In this document: piece after piece, positions 29,683-39,168 of the stretch
Layout: each line of letters begins with the position of its first letter
How positions within the stretch are numbered: the first letter of the stretch is position 1
Source: Ignavibacteria bacterium
Lineage (GTDB): Bacteria > Bacteroidota > Ignavibacteria > Kapaibacteriales > UBA2268
DNA length: 64,000 nt
Assembly (NCBI GenBank): GCA_026416955.1
Contig: JAOAEE010000051.1
Span: forward strand, 1,592 to 65,591
Direction: 5' to 3'
Translations under genes and position numbers: made by a program
Notes under the pieces: model-generated
What the model was told of the DNA's origin: nothing
Seen by the model: the letters and a program-made list of their open reading frames with translations, nothing else
The model's database searches: none

Positions 29683-30438
29683 ATGAAAATAAGCGAAGAA
29701 AGTAAAAGCGTACCATACTCTAAATCGCAAATACGACTAAACAAATTAATTGCGGAATCTGGAATAGCTTCCAGAAGAAAAGCTGATGAACTAATCATAT
29801 CTGGTGTTGTAAAGGTTAATGGAAAGATTGTAACAAAACTGGGCACAATTGTCTCTTTGGACGATTTTGTTACGGTAAATGGTAAGCCTATAAAAATTTT
29901 GAAAAGATACGAATATATTTTACTTAATAAACCTAAAGATACAATTTGCACTTCGAAAGATGAAAAGGGAAGAAAAACTGTTTTGGATTTGGTGCAAAGC
30001 AAAAATAGGCTATTCACTGTTGGAAGGCTGGATAGAAACACAACAGGAGTTTTACTCCTTACGAATGATGGAGAATTAGCGAATAGATTAATGCATCCAA
30101 AATATAATATTTTGCGGATTTATGATGTTGGGTTGGATAAACCGTTAAAACCCGAACACGCAAAGGAAATTGCAAAGGGGGTTGAAATAGAAGGTGTGAA
30201 GTACGAAAAATGTGAAATTATGTTGGATATGAAAGATTCGACAAAATTACGAATTGCATTATTGGAAGGGAAAAATAGGGAGATAAAGAAAATTTTCGGT
30301 TTTTTTGGCTATAAAGTGAAAAAACTACACAGAGTAATGTTTGCAAATTTGACAGCGAAAGGTTTAAAACGAGGAGAATGGAGACATTTAACAAAAAGAG
30401 AAATAAATATGTTGAAAAAACTTGTCGGGTTAATTTAA
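29683..30438 (+). CDS. Pseudouridine synthase, RsuA/RluB family
   Basis: N-terminal S4 domain (IRLNKLIAESGIASRRKADELI) and catalytic motif GRLDRNTTGVLLLTNDG. Confidence 0.85.
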   Translation: MKISEESKSVPYSKSQIRLNKLIAESGIASRRKADELIISGVVKVNGKIVTKLGTIVSLDDFVTVNGKPIKILKRYEYILLNKPKDTICTSKDEKGRKTVLDLVQSKNRLFTVGRLDRNTTGVLLLTNDGELANRLMHPKYNILRIYDVGLDKPLKPEHAKEIAKGVEIEGVKYEKCEIMLDMKDSTKLRIALLEGKNREIKKIFGFFGYKVKKLHRVMFANLTAKGLKRGEWRHLTKREINMLKKLVGLI

Positions 30439-32175
30439 TATTACTATTTTTTCGAAAAATTTCAAACTTGGGGTTTCAAAAACCAAATAATATAATCCAG
30501 ATTGTATGCTTCTAAAATCAAAGCTAAAGGAATGTGTTCCAATATCCAAATAAGAATTTCTAATGAGGTATTCAACTTGTCCAAGGGGGGTAATTAGATA
30601 GATAGAATACAATCCTTTTTCAATTGAATTAAATGTAAGTAGGAACTCCCCACTTATTGGGTTAGGTATGGTACTGATAAACAGTTTGTTTTTAATGTCG
30701 AACAACCTATTGCCACCCTCCTTACAAATATTATTAATCGCGACTTTTCCATTGTTAGTTTTGATATTGACCTTATTGCAATTCCATTGAAAGTTTTCTA
30801 TGACGATGTCAGAAAGTGTATCATTTCCAAGAGTGACGAAAAAGGTAAGGGAGTCGAGAATGTCTGATTGTGAACGACCAATAATACTAATTTTTTCTAT
30901 ATTTCCATCAGTGAAAAAAGGCTTATGATTAATTGGGAATAAAACTGTTGGATTGTAAGTTACAACAACATTAAAACTATCATAGTTACATATAAAATGG
31001 TTTGTTTGGGAAACTAATCTGATAGGCAATGAAATAGCTTCTCCAATATTAGAGTGTATAGTATCAATTTGCAAAGTTGTAGAAATTGGATAAACACCAA
31101 CCCAAAGCCCTGTTGTATCGACGCACCCAAAATAGTTCACAACACGAAGGGAATAATATCCGGGCTCTTTAATGGTAATTGATGAAGTGGTATCGCCAGT
31201 GGACCAAAAATAGGTTAAGCCTTCTGTTGCAGAAAGCGTTACACTATCGCAAGGGCAAATAGGTAATTGTTTATTAGGCGCAATTTTTGCTAATGGTCGA
31301 AAATGTACAGTCACAGTAATTGAATCAAAGGACATACAACCCAAACTATCAGTGACTTCAAGGTAATAAGTAGTAGTTTTGTTTGGGGAAGCTAATGGAT
31401 TGGGTGAGTAGGGACTACTAAGCCCATTCTCTGGATACCATTTATATTTATAAGGTGGAAAACCTTGTATTGCACTTTTGTTTGTTATGTCTCCAAGAAC
31501 AATTGTATCGCCAGCACACATTTCTTGATTATTACCTGCACAAGCCTGCACACTACAAAGTGATTTTAATGAAATTTCATCGAGAGCAAAGTCATTACCA
31601 AAGTACTTTAGTTGTAAATCTCTAAAACGAATAAGCAACTTTGTGTTTGTTCCCGAATACCAAATAATTTTATGAATTTGCCATTTACAAGTTTCTTTGG
31701 AAACATAAACCGTATCGAAAAATTGTTCATTAAATGAGTATTGAATAATCGGTAAGTTCTTATTTGTATCAACCCTTGCGTCTATATTACAATACATAAA
31801 CTTGAATTCATAATAATTGTGTGGAAGAATTTCGACTTCCTGTTCCCATACAATATGAAGGCCATCGAAAAAGTCGTTTCCATTAACAATTAGAAATTTT
31901 CCATTTGGTGTAACAGGGTCGGAACAACTATCGAAGGTATAGTATTCGTTGTATGGATTGGTAGTAATTTTAATATTTTTGGGGAATTTAATAAAGCTTG
32001 TATCGTAAGTAGTTTTAAAACCAAAGAAACCGAGTTCAAAATTTCCATTGATTATCAATTCTGGATTTGGTGGGGTTGGATAGCAGTCTTTAGAATTAGC
32101 TTTTTGAACAGAAGCAATAAAAAATAATATCAGTATGAATAAACATAAATATTTACTTATTTTTGCAATTTTCAT
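30430..32175 (-). CDS. Secreted T9SS cargo protein: jelly-roll (CBM-like) N-domain, Ig-like modules, cohesin-like module and C-terminal sorting domain
   Basis: Signal peptide; NGNFELGFFGF...GNDFALDEISL; Ig-like modules with conserved Cys pairs (YKYKWYPENGL..., LTYFWSTGDT...). The C-terminus is IPNPISGEFLLTF...GLYYLVFETPSLKFFEKIVI. Confidence 0.75.
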   Translation of the reverse strand: MKIAKISKYLCLFILILFFIASVQKANSKDCYPTPPNPELIINGNFELGFFGFKTTYDTSFIKFPKNIKITTNPYNEYYTFDSCSDPVTPNGKFLIVNGNDFFDGLHIVWEQEVEILPHNYYEFKFMYCNIDARVDTNKNLPIIQYSFNEQFFDTVYVSKETCKWQIHKIIWYSGTNTKLLIRFRDLQLKYFGNDFALDEISLKSLCSVQACAGNNQEMCAGDTIVLGDITNKSAIQGFPPYKYKWYPENGLSSPYSPNPLASPNKTTTYYLEVTDSLGCMSFDSITVTVHFRPLAKIAPNKQLPICPCDSVTLSATEGLTYFWSTGDTTSSITIKEPGYYSLRVVNYFGCVDTTGLWVGVYPISTTLQIDTIHSNIGEAISLPIRLVSQTNHFICNYDSFNVVVTYNPTVLFPINHKPFFTDGNIEKISIIGRSQSDILDSLTFFVTLGNDTLSDIVIENFQWNCNKVNIKTNNGKVAINNICKEGGNRLFDIKNKLFISTIPNPISGEFLLTFNSIEKGLYSIYLITPLGQVEYLIRNSYLDIGTHSFSFDFRSIQSGLYYLVFETPSLKFFEKIVILN

Positions 32176-32195
32176 TTTTATTTATAATTAAATCT

Positions 32196-32203
32196 CAAAA
32201 TTA
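32196..32203 (-). promoter_or_regulatory. TAATTTTG box (read on the - strand) upstream of the T9SS cargo gene
   Basis: The + strand reads caaaatta. The box ends 20 nt upstream of the ATG at 32175. Confidence 0.4.
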
Positions 32204-32238
32204 ACCAATTTATTAATAATAATGTAATTGCAAAAGAA

Positions 32239-33702
32239 ATGCCAAGATTGTTATTTTTTAAAATGAATTCAAAAAAAATTCTAAAAATTTCTATACTAAC
32301 TATTGTTTTTCTTTCACTAGTAATTACTTGCATCGTTTTTTTCCTTCGGATACAATATCCATACCAACTTGAATGGATGGAAGGTGGCGAAATTGAACAC
32401 ATAATTCGACTTGTAGAAGGGAAAAAAATATATTGTGAACCAAGTTTAGATTTTATCCCTTATATCTATACACCATTTTATTACTACATTGGTTTTTTGC
32501 TCTCTTTAATTAATGAACCAAATTTTTTTATTCTTCGTTTGGTATCTGTTTCGAGTTTTTTTATTTCTTTGTTTTTTATTTATAAAATTATTACACACTA
32601 TACTAATGATAAAATTTTATCCTTTGTGGGTGTTGGAATTTTCACTTTGTCCTACTCAACTACTGGGTTTTGGTTCGATATTGCAAGGGTTGATACAACA
32701 GCAAATTTATTTATGATTATTTCATTCTATTTACTTTTATGTGATAAAAAAGAAAACATTTATCTTTCTTCATTTTTTTCGTTTTTATCCTTTTATACAA
32801 AACAAAGTTTTGTTGTTGTTTCAATTTCTTTAGTTTTTGCTTTATTTTTCTTCAAAAGGCAATATATTGTTAGATATTCAGTATTTTTTTTAGCTTTGGT
32901 TTTGATTACAACAATTGTAGAAACAATAATTAGCGATGGGTGGTATATTTTTTGGAATTTTTATTTTCCCGCAAGTCATCATTGGATATTTAGTAGAGCA
33001 ATTACATTTTGGACTATTGATGTTTTACCATTTTATTCAATTTCTTTGGCTGTAATTATTGCATACTTTTTCATAAAAGGCAGAAAGATTTTCAAAGACA
33101 ATGATGTATTGATTTTCTTTCTATTTTTTGGAACATTAATAAATGCTTATTTCTCAAGACTGCATTATGGTGGTTATTTGAATGTGATTATTCCATTTGC
33201 TTCGGCAATTTCTATATGCTTTCCAATTGTTTTGTATAAATTATTGACAATTACAAAACAAGATGAACTAATAGAAAAGATTTTTTACTCGTTGATTTTG
33301 TTTCAGTTTATGTTATTATTTTACGACCCAATTTTTCCAATTCCAAGAGAAAAAGACAAGAAAGATGTAGAGCAAATTCTTACCTATGCACAAAAATCTT
33401 CAGGTGAAGTTTACCTTATGGGATACAATTTTGTTCAACGGGGTTTTGGTTTGAAGTCCCGCCCACATTATGTTCTATTGAATGATTTATTTATTAGCAA
33501 AGTTCCCCAAAAAAATGCATTGATTCAAGAATTTATTGCAAATTTGAAGCAGAAAAAATTTTCTGCAATAATTCTCGATGAGGACCTATCGCTTGATTTT
33601 TTAGACAATTACTATTATAAGTCCAATATTGTTTTTTATCATAGAGTGTTTAATTCAAAACAATCTCCTTTTAGAAAAGAGATCGTTTGGCTTCCCAAAT
33701 GA
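32239..33702 (+). CDS. Polytopic membrane protein, probably a GT-C fold (ArnT/PMT-like) glycosyltransferase
   Basis: About 11 hydrophobic segments and a soluble C-terminal domain. The overall layout resembles family 39/83 glycosyltransferases. No decisive motif was recognised. Confidence 0.45.
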   Translation: MPRLLFFKMNSKKILKISILTIVFLSLVITCIVFFLRIQYPYQLEWMEGGEIEHIIRLVEGKKIYCEPSLDFIPYIYTPFYYYIGFLLSLINEPNFFILRLVSVSSFFISLFFIYKIITHYTNDKILSFVGVGIFTLSYSTTGFWFDIARVDTTANLFMIISFYLLLCDKKENIYLSSFFSFLSFYTKQSFVVVSISLVFALFFFKRQYIVRYSVFFLALVLITTIVETIISDGWYIFWNFYFPASHHWIFSRAITFWTIDVLPFYSISLAVIIAYFFIKGRKIFKDNDVLIFFLFFGTLINAYFSRLHYGGYLNVIIPFASAISICFPIVLYKLLTITKQDELIEKIFYSLILFQFMLLFYDPIFPIPREKDKKDVEQILTYAQKSSGEVYLMGYNFVQRGFGLKSRPHYVLLNDLFISKVPQKNALIQEFIANLKQKKFSAIILDEDLSLDFLDNYYYKSNIVFYHRVFNSKQSPFRKEIVWLPK

Positions 33703-33760
33703 CCAAAATTGAAAATAAAAGGTAATTGAATGAACATTTGCATAATTAATACAGATTTAT

Positions 33761-33768
33761 TAATTTTG
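33761..33768 (+). promoter_or_regulatory. TAATTTTG box upstream of tRNA-fMet
   Basis: Exact octamer ending 12 nt before tRNA position 1. Confidence 0.5.
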
Positions 33769-33780
33769 TATTTCGATGAT

Positions 33781-33852
33781 CGCGGGCTGGAGCAATGGAA
33801 GCTCGTCGGGCTCATAACCCGAAGGTTCTAGGTTCGAATCCTAGGCCCGCTA
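33781..33852 (+). tRNA. Initiator tRNA-Met (anticodon CAT)
   Basis: Manual cloverleaf: acceptor cgcgggc/gcccgc with a C1:U72 mismatch, D stem gagc/gctc, anticodon stem tcggg/cccga with three consecutive G:C pairs, loop ctCATaa, T arm ctagg-ttcgaat-cctag, discriminator A. The 3' CCA is not encoded (cta follows). Confidence 0.9.
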
Positions 33853-33858
33853 CTAAAT

Positions 33859-33878
33859 GGGAAGGTTTAAACCTTCCC
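33859..33878. terminator. Perfect palindromic hairpin serving the convergent tRNA and M14 peptidase genes
   Basis: gggaaggttt/aaaccttccc is a perfect 20-nt palindrome. T-rich sequence follows on the + strand. Confidence 0.7.
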
Positions 33879-33882
33879 TTCA

Positions 33883-36195
33883 TTATTTTACAATCAACTT
33901 TTCGAATAACCATCCCTTGTTGGTTTTAAAATAGATTAAGTAAAAACCTGATGAGATATTTTGTATATTTATTGTTTTACTCGAAGACTCAATAAGATTT
34001 GAATTGATTATGCGACCAAGAATATCGAAAAGTTTAATTTCTTCAATTTCTGTATTTTTTGCGAAGTAAAGGTTTTTGATAATTTTTCCATTTGTAACTA
34101 TTGTTAAACAGATAGAACTGTCGGGAACTGAAATATAGTTTTTGAAACTTATATTAGGATAACTGCGGATGAAAATTTGGGCAATATCCCAACCACTTGA
34201 ATTTTTTCCTCCATCGCTTAAAAGAGAAAGTCGCAACAAGATATCTTTCCACAAATAGTCTTTTAGGTTAAAAATTTGTTTGTTCCAATATGGAAAATAA
34301 CCTGCAAAGCCAAAATCTCCGAGTTTCTGTTTTCCATATTTGTTTCCACTTGCGATAGTACTTCTTTTTGCACGTAAAGTTACCCAATCTTTTCCACTAT
34401 TTGTAGATATTTCGATTTTTGCAAAATCGTAGAATGGTTCTATTGACCACTGTGAAACAATTTCTAATTCACTATTGTTTCCACTTAGTCTGATAGGTTT
34501 GTTAAAGGATAAATAATTGTCGAGTGAATCTATGTAGTTTGAATATGGACTATCACAAAGGATGATGCTATTAGAATCAGAATGAAATTCGTAACCCCAC
34601 TTACTTTTTGAAAAATCCCAAACTGAAGAATCTTTTAAATTTACTATTTGATACTCGTATAAGGTGATAGAGATTGTATCCCTTTTAATAACATTGTTTT
34701 GAACTATTGAAATAATTAAAGAAATTGAACTTCCGTTTATGAAATTCTCGTTTGGAAGCGGAAGTTGAATGATTTTGCTGTATTTTTGTGTAGGATACAA
34801 ACCATCAATGAGAAAGGTAGTATCAAAAGAATAAGAATTTGAGATGGAATAAACTCTTGCATTAACTTTCTCTTTTATTTCATCTATTCCTAAATTTTGG
34901 AATTCAAGGTGCAAGAAACCAATTTTTCTAAGTGTATCAAAATCGTAAAAGTAATCTATTAGTCTTAGATTTCCCTCTGGAGCCCAGAGAAAATTTAAAA
35001 GAAGATGGTAATTTTCTTGTGCAATAGGGATTATTCTACTTTTTTCGGGCCAAAATCCATCGTATTGATAACTTGCCTCGGGTGTAAAAGCTAAGACTTT
35101 GCCCTTTAAAGAGTCGGGAGTGTAAAACCAATCGTCAGAGGAACCGCGAGTAGGATAACCAACAGTTTGTTTATCTGTTCCAAAATAATAACTATTCTGT
35201 TGTTGAATAAACATTCCAAAACTCCGGTACCACACGGAATCCTCAGTTTCAAATGGTAATGCGCTATATGGGTATATCAACATACCACCATATGTGTGGT
35301 AGTTGATTGCAAGAGCAAAATTTCTAGAAAAACAAAAGTTTCTTAATGCTTGAATTTCTGGTTCAGAAAATGGTTCCGGTCCACGGTAAGTTTCGTTTTT
35401 TGGATTGGTAGAGGAACCATTATTATTGGCGTTCCAAAATTGGTAAGGACCGTAATTTCTATTAAGGTCGACGCCGGTGTCTTTATCGTTTATTGGTCTT
35501 CGATTTTTTCGCCAAAGACCCCCCCCCTTTGGGTATGTTTTTTGATTATATAAGTAACCGTCTGGGTTCAGGACTGGTATTACCCAAATACGACGGTTTT
35601 CAAGAAGGTATTTTGCCTCCGGGTCCCCTTGTTCTGCTTTTGTAAATAATGTTTGAAGAAAGTAGAGTATGGTTGTAACAGTTGCTGGTTCGCGAGAATG
35701 ATGTAAAGCAGTTATTAGGACTTCTGGTTTTGAATTTTTCTTACTACCAAAACAATATGCAATCAATGGGTTTTTCTCCCAAGAAAAACCAATTGTGTCT
35801 TTCGTTACAAAAAAATGAGAGTTATCGATTAATTTATCAAATTCATAATATATTTCGTTTAAAGTGTAAAATCCTCCCATAGAACCAAAGGAGAAGCCTT
35901 GAGGTAGATTATCAAAATCACCTTTTTGTTCTACGATTTTTCTTTCAAGGTAGGCTTCATAATTGTTAATTAGGGTGGAGTATTTAAGGTTGCTTTTCTC
36001 TATTTGTTCTAGTTCGAAATCATTTACAATAATTTCAATTTCGTCTTTTGTAACTTTTGCAGATTCAAGGTCTAAATTCAATGAAAAGAACTTTTGGTAA
36101 TCGTCGTTGTTGAATAAAACAACTTTGACCAAGTGATATTTTGAATAAATAAATCCAGTGTTTAGTAACAATAAAATAATTATAATTTTTTTCAT
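33883..36195 (-). CDS. M14-family zinc carboxypeptidase with C-terminal accessory domains and a T9SS sorting domain
   Basis: Signal peptide; zinc/catalytic motifs ALHHSREPAT, VDLNRNY and NYHTYGGMLIYPY. The C-terminus is IKLFDILGRII...GFYLIYFKTNKGWLFEKLIV. Confidence 0.85.
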   Translation of the reverse strand: MKKIIIILLLLNTGFIYSKYHLVKVVLFNNDDYQKFFSLNLDLESAKVTKDEIEIIVNDFELEQIEKSNLKYSTLINNYEAYLERKIVEQKGDFDNLPQGFSFGSMGGFYTLNEIYYEFDKLIDNSHFFVTKDTIGFSWEKNPLIAYCFGSKKNSKPEVLITALHHSREPATVTTILYFLQTLFTKAEQGDPEAKYLLENRRIWVIPVLNPDGYLYNQKTYPKGGGLWRKNRRPINDKDTGVDLNRNYGPYQFWNANNNGSSTNPKNETYRGPEPFSEPEIQALRNFCFSRNFALAINYHTYGGMLIYPYSALPFETEDSVWYRSFGMFIQQQNSYYFGTDKQTVGYPTRGSSDDWFYTPDSLKGKVLAFTPEASYQYDGFWPEKSRIIPIAQENYHLLLNFLWAPEGNLRLIDYFYDFDTLRKIGFLHLEFQNLGIDEIKEKVNARVYSISNSYSFDTTFLIDGLYPTQKYSKIIQLPLPNENFINGSSISLIISIVQNNVIKRDTISITLYEYQIVNLKDSSVWDFSKSKWGYEFHSDSNSIILCDSPYSNYIDSLDNYLSFNKPIRLSGNNSELEIVSQWSIEPFYDFAKIEISTNSGKDWVTLRAKRSTIASGNKYGKQKLGDFGFAGYFPYWNKQIFNLKDYLWKDILLRLSLLSDGGKNSSGWDIAQIFIRSYPNISFKNYISVPDSSICLTIVTNGKIIKNLYFAKNTEIEEIKLFDILGRIINSNLIESSSKTINIQNISSGFYLIYFKTNKGWLFEKLIVK
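35519..35527 (-). repeat. G9 homopolymer (C9 on the + strand) inside the M14 carboxypeptidase CDS
   Basis: The + strand reads gac ccccccccc ttt. The - strand codons aaG GGG GGG GGt encode K-G-G-G in YPKGGGLWRK. It is the longest G/C run I saw in this AT-rich window. Confidence 0.9.
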
Positions 36196-36209
36196 ACAAT
36201 TTTCAGATA

Positions 36210-37856
36210 TTAATCAATAAATAAATCAACAAAATTAAAGGAATTTACGTCAAAAAGTCCTTTATCTCCAATTTTTAATTTTGGGATAACCAAAAGAGAC
36301 ATAAAAGACAATGTCATTAGAGGCGAAGTTAATTTTGAACCATATTCTTTTATTTTGTTTTCAATTTTTAAATAAGCAGTTGAGACATTTTCAATACTGT
36401 CAGTCGACATAAGCCCAGCAATTGGTAAAGGTAGGAATATTTTTTCATTTCCATTTGTGAATGATATACCACCTTTGTATTCTATAAGCAAGTTTATTGA
36501 TTCGATTAAGTCGTTGTCATTAGTGCCAATTGCAATGATGTTGTGGGAATCGTGTGAAATCGTTGATGCAACAGCGCCTCTTTTCAAACCGAAATTTTTA
36601 ATGAAACCTATCGAAGGTTTTGTATCTGTATATCTATTTACAACGATAATTTTTAGAATATCATTTTCGACATCTGGGACAACGCAATTATTTTCAATTT
36701 TTCCTTCAATATGCAATTCCTCTGTTATTAGCGAACCATCAATAATTCCAATAATTCTCATCTTTGTTTTGCCATTGAAACGAATTTCAATTTCATCTTT
36801 TCTTTTAGGTAGTGCGTAAAAGTTGTTTATTGGCTCGACTTCAGTATCTTGGATAAAAGAAATTCTATCTTTGTAAACAATTTTTCCTTGGATATAAGTT
36901 TCAACAACCTTGAAATTTTCAAAGTTATCTATGATTATGAAATCGGCATCGTCTCCGACTTTTAAAAGACCTACTGGAATATTATAGTGGAGAACGGGAT
37001 TCAAAGTTGCCGCTCTTAGGGTAGTAAATAAATCAAAACCTTTTTTTAAAGATTTCTGAATAAACTTGTTAATATGTCCATTGATTAAATCAAAAGGATG
37101 AAGGTCATCAGTACAAAACATAACGTTTTCGGGATATTTATTGAGTAGTGGTAAAAGAGCATCGAGATTCTTTGCTGCGGAACCTTCTCTTATTAATATT
37201 TTCATACCTTTTAATATTTTCTCTTCGGCTTCCTCGAGAGTTGTTGTCTCGTGGTCGGTTGTAATTCCGTAACTGATATATTTGGAAAGATTTTCTCCAA
37301 CTAGGCCCGGGCAATGTCCATCGATTGGTAAACCTAACTGTTTTGCAAGATTTATTTTCGATATTACTTCGGGTTCATCGTTAATAACGCCGGGGTAGTT
37401 CATCATTTCAGATAAATAAAAGATATCATAATTTTTGAAAAGGAAGTTAAGTTCTTTGCTACTTAGGGCACCACCAGATGATTCAAAAGGGGTTGCTGGA
37501 ACACAAGAAGGAGCACCGAAGAAAAACTTAAAAGGAGTTTTCTTTCCATAATCAATCATAAATTTGATGCCTTCTAAACCACATACATTTGCTATTTCGT
37601 GGGGGTCTGAAATCGTTGCGACTGTACCAAATTTTACTGCATTTCGTGCGAATTCAATCGGTGAAAGCATTGAACTTTCAATATGAATATGAGAGTCTAC
37701 TAGCCCGGGGAGTATATATTGAGAGTATTTTTTTCCTTTCTCACGCTTTATTTCAACAATTACACCTCCATCGACAAAAATTGTCCCCGGGAAAATTTTC
37801 TTCTCTATTACATCAACAATATTACCACTAATTCTGAACTTCATTTTTCGCCTCAT
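36210..37856 (-). CDS. ade: Adenine deaminase
   Basis: PGLVDSHIHIESSML, the amidohydrolase fold, and a C-terminal Ade domain. The start is placed at MRRKMKFRISGN (ATG at 37856), 1 nt after the stop of the upstream gene. The tracked N-terminal extension overlaps that gene. Confidence 0.9.
   Translation of the reverse strand: MRRKMKFRISGNIVDVIEKKIFPGTIFVDGGVIVEIKREKGKKYSQYILPGLVDSHIHIESSMLSPIEFARNAVKFGTVATISDPHEIANVCGLEGIKFMIDYGKKTPFKFFFGAPSCVPATPFESSGGALSSKELNFLFKNYDIFYLSEMMNYPGVINDEPEVISKINLAKQLGLPIDGHCPGLVGENLSKYISYGITTDHETTTLEEAEEKILKGMKILIREGSAAKNLDALLPLLNKYPENVMFCTDDLHPFDLINGHINKFIQKSLKKGFDLFTTLRAATLNPVLHYNIPVGLLKVGDDADFIIIDNFENFKVVETYIQGKIVYKDRISFIQDTEVEPINNFYALPKRKDEIEIRFNGKTKMRIIGIIDGSLITEELHIEGKIENNCVVPDVENDILKIIVVNRYTDTKPSIGFIKNFGLKRGAVASTISHDSHNIIAIGTNDNDLIESINLLIEYKGGISFTNGNEKIFLPLPIAGLMSTDSIENVSTAYLKIENKIKEYGSKLTSPLMTLSFMSLLVIPKLKIGDKGLFDVNSFNFVDLFID
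36230..36237 (-). promoter_or_regulatory. TAATTTTG box (read on the - strand) inside the 3' end of ade, upstream of the M14 peptidase gene
   Basis: The + strand reads caaaatta. The box ends 34 nt upstream of the M14 ATG at 36195. Confidence 0.35.
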
Positions 37857-37857
37857 T

Positions 37858-39168
37858 TTATGGTTTGTAAGAATATTTTTCTGAAAAAGTAGGGGGGGAA
37901 TAAAGGCGAAAGTCCCCGAACCCACTATAATCAACGAAAATAAATGTTCTTGTCGAATAATTCCACACTTCGTAGTTTCTGTTGAAGTTAAAATCTGTTT
38001 GATTTTGTATTGTAACTGGTGGACCTAAAACAACATAAACCATACCTCTATCAGTTTGCCATCCTTCAACATACGATTTAAATCTTTCGTTTGCATAGTA
38101 GATTCTTTCATAATATTCTTCGAAAGCTTCATTATATTCAGTTGAAGGAGTTGGGTCGAGTTTCTTCCAAAATTCAAGAAAACGTCTAACTTTCTCTTCA
38201 TTGGTAGATGCTTGATTGATGTAATCTATATCGCTTTGATAAGCAACATACTTTAGCTGTCTAATTGACTTTTCGATATTTGCTAATACTTGGTTTGTAA
38301 TACTTGGAGAAATTTCGAATGTTCTTTCCGATACAGAAAGAATTTCCTCTTCTTTGAAAATGGAATCTCTTGCCAACTTTGGTTTTAGAGCATAAATTTT
38401 TAAGAAGTAACTACCATTTTTTAAATTATTTTTTTCCAGCGGAACATAAATTTGTTCCTTTTTGTTAATATTAAAGGAATATCTTTGACTTCGATAAACT
38501 TCTTTTCTTTTAAAATCAAGTATTTGATAAACCAAATCTACTTTATCGTATATTGTACTTTTTTGGTAGGTTTCAACAAAAAAGAAAACATTATCGATAT
38601 TTCCAAGGTTATCGGATAGGAAAGGGGTTATTTTGAATTCCCCATTACTTTCTTCAATATCCGAAAGAAACATAATTCCAGAGAGTGCAAAATCGTAACG
38701 CGAAAAATTCAAGGTATTCGTATTTCGTCTTTTAGTGTAAGTAGAATTTGAATGATTATCGTAAATAGAAACTTCAATTGTATATTTTCCTTCTGGGACT
38801 TCGAAGTTGTGGTACAATTCATAGATTTTGGCGGAAAATCCTAATGTTTCTAAATGTTCTTTTTCAATTAGTTTTTTTGTTATTGATTTATTGTTAATAA
38901 TCTTATCATTGGAATCTTTTAACGTAAATCTGATATTAAATTCAGCTATATACTTAGAGTTTTCTTTGAAAAAGGAAAGCGAAGAATAAGGGATTACTAC
39001 AAAGACGTCTATTCTCGACAATGTATCGATGTTATCGGACTTGTAGCAAATTGCATCGAAGTAAAAAGGTGAATCCTCTTTACTCATTATATTTTGTGTA
39101 ATCAGAAATAACAAAAAGATTGTGAATAAAGGAAGAGAGTTTCTCATTTTACTTAAAATAAATTCCAT
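37858..39168 (-). CDS. GWxTD domain-containing secreted protein
   Basis: C-terminal motif YVEGWQTDRGMVYVVLGPP and a signal peptide. An alternative start, MRNSLPLF at 39147, sits 1 nt after the upstream stop. Confidence 0.75.
   Translation of the reverse strand: MEFILSKMRNSLPLFTIFLLFLITQNIMSKEDSPFYFDAICYKSDNIDTLSRIDVFVVIPYSSLSFFKENSKYIAEFNIRFTLKDSNDKIINNKSITKKLIEKEHLETLGFSAKIYELYHNFEVPEGKYTIEVSIYDNHSNSTYTKRRNTNTLNFSRYDFALSGIMFLSDIEESNGEFKITPFLSDNLGNIDNVFFFVETYQKSTIYDKVDLVYQILDFKRKEVYRSQRYSFNINKKEQIYVPLEKNNLKNGSYFLKIYALKPKLARDSIFKEEEILSVSERTFEISPSITNQVLANIEKSIRQLKYVAYQSDIDYINQASTNEEKVRRFLEFWKKLDPTPSTEYNEAFEEYYERIYYANERFKSYVEGWQTDRGMVYVVLGPPVTIQNQTDFNFNRNYEVWNYSTRTFIFVDYSGFGDFRLYSPPTFSEKYSYKP

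Noticed and set aside
29535-30041. Long antisense ORFs: 168 aa here, plus 13340-13759, 13002-13385, 18610-19008, 28448-28822, 36457-36819 and 42331-42720.
   Set aside because: Each lies entirely opposite a well-supported conserved gene (secA/pseudouridine synthase, Bat-like, hslU, ade, EF-G). Their translations are low-complexity Ser/Leu/Phe/Ile-rich, with no recognisable motifs or start signals. They are typical shadow ORFs.
33781-36195. The tRNA gene as a possible integration site for a mobile element.
   Set aside because: There is no integrase, no phage or plasmid genes, and I noticed no direct repeat of the tRNA 3' half nearby. The flanking genes look like ordinary chromosomal genes with the same composition.
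37892-37898. G7/C7 run at the 3' end of the GWxTD gene (encoding S-P-P); considered as a second phase-variation tract.
   Set aside because: It is shorter than typical switch tracts and only 13 codons from the stop, so a frameshift would have little effect. It is noted only as a comparison for the G9 tract.
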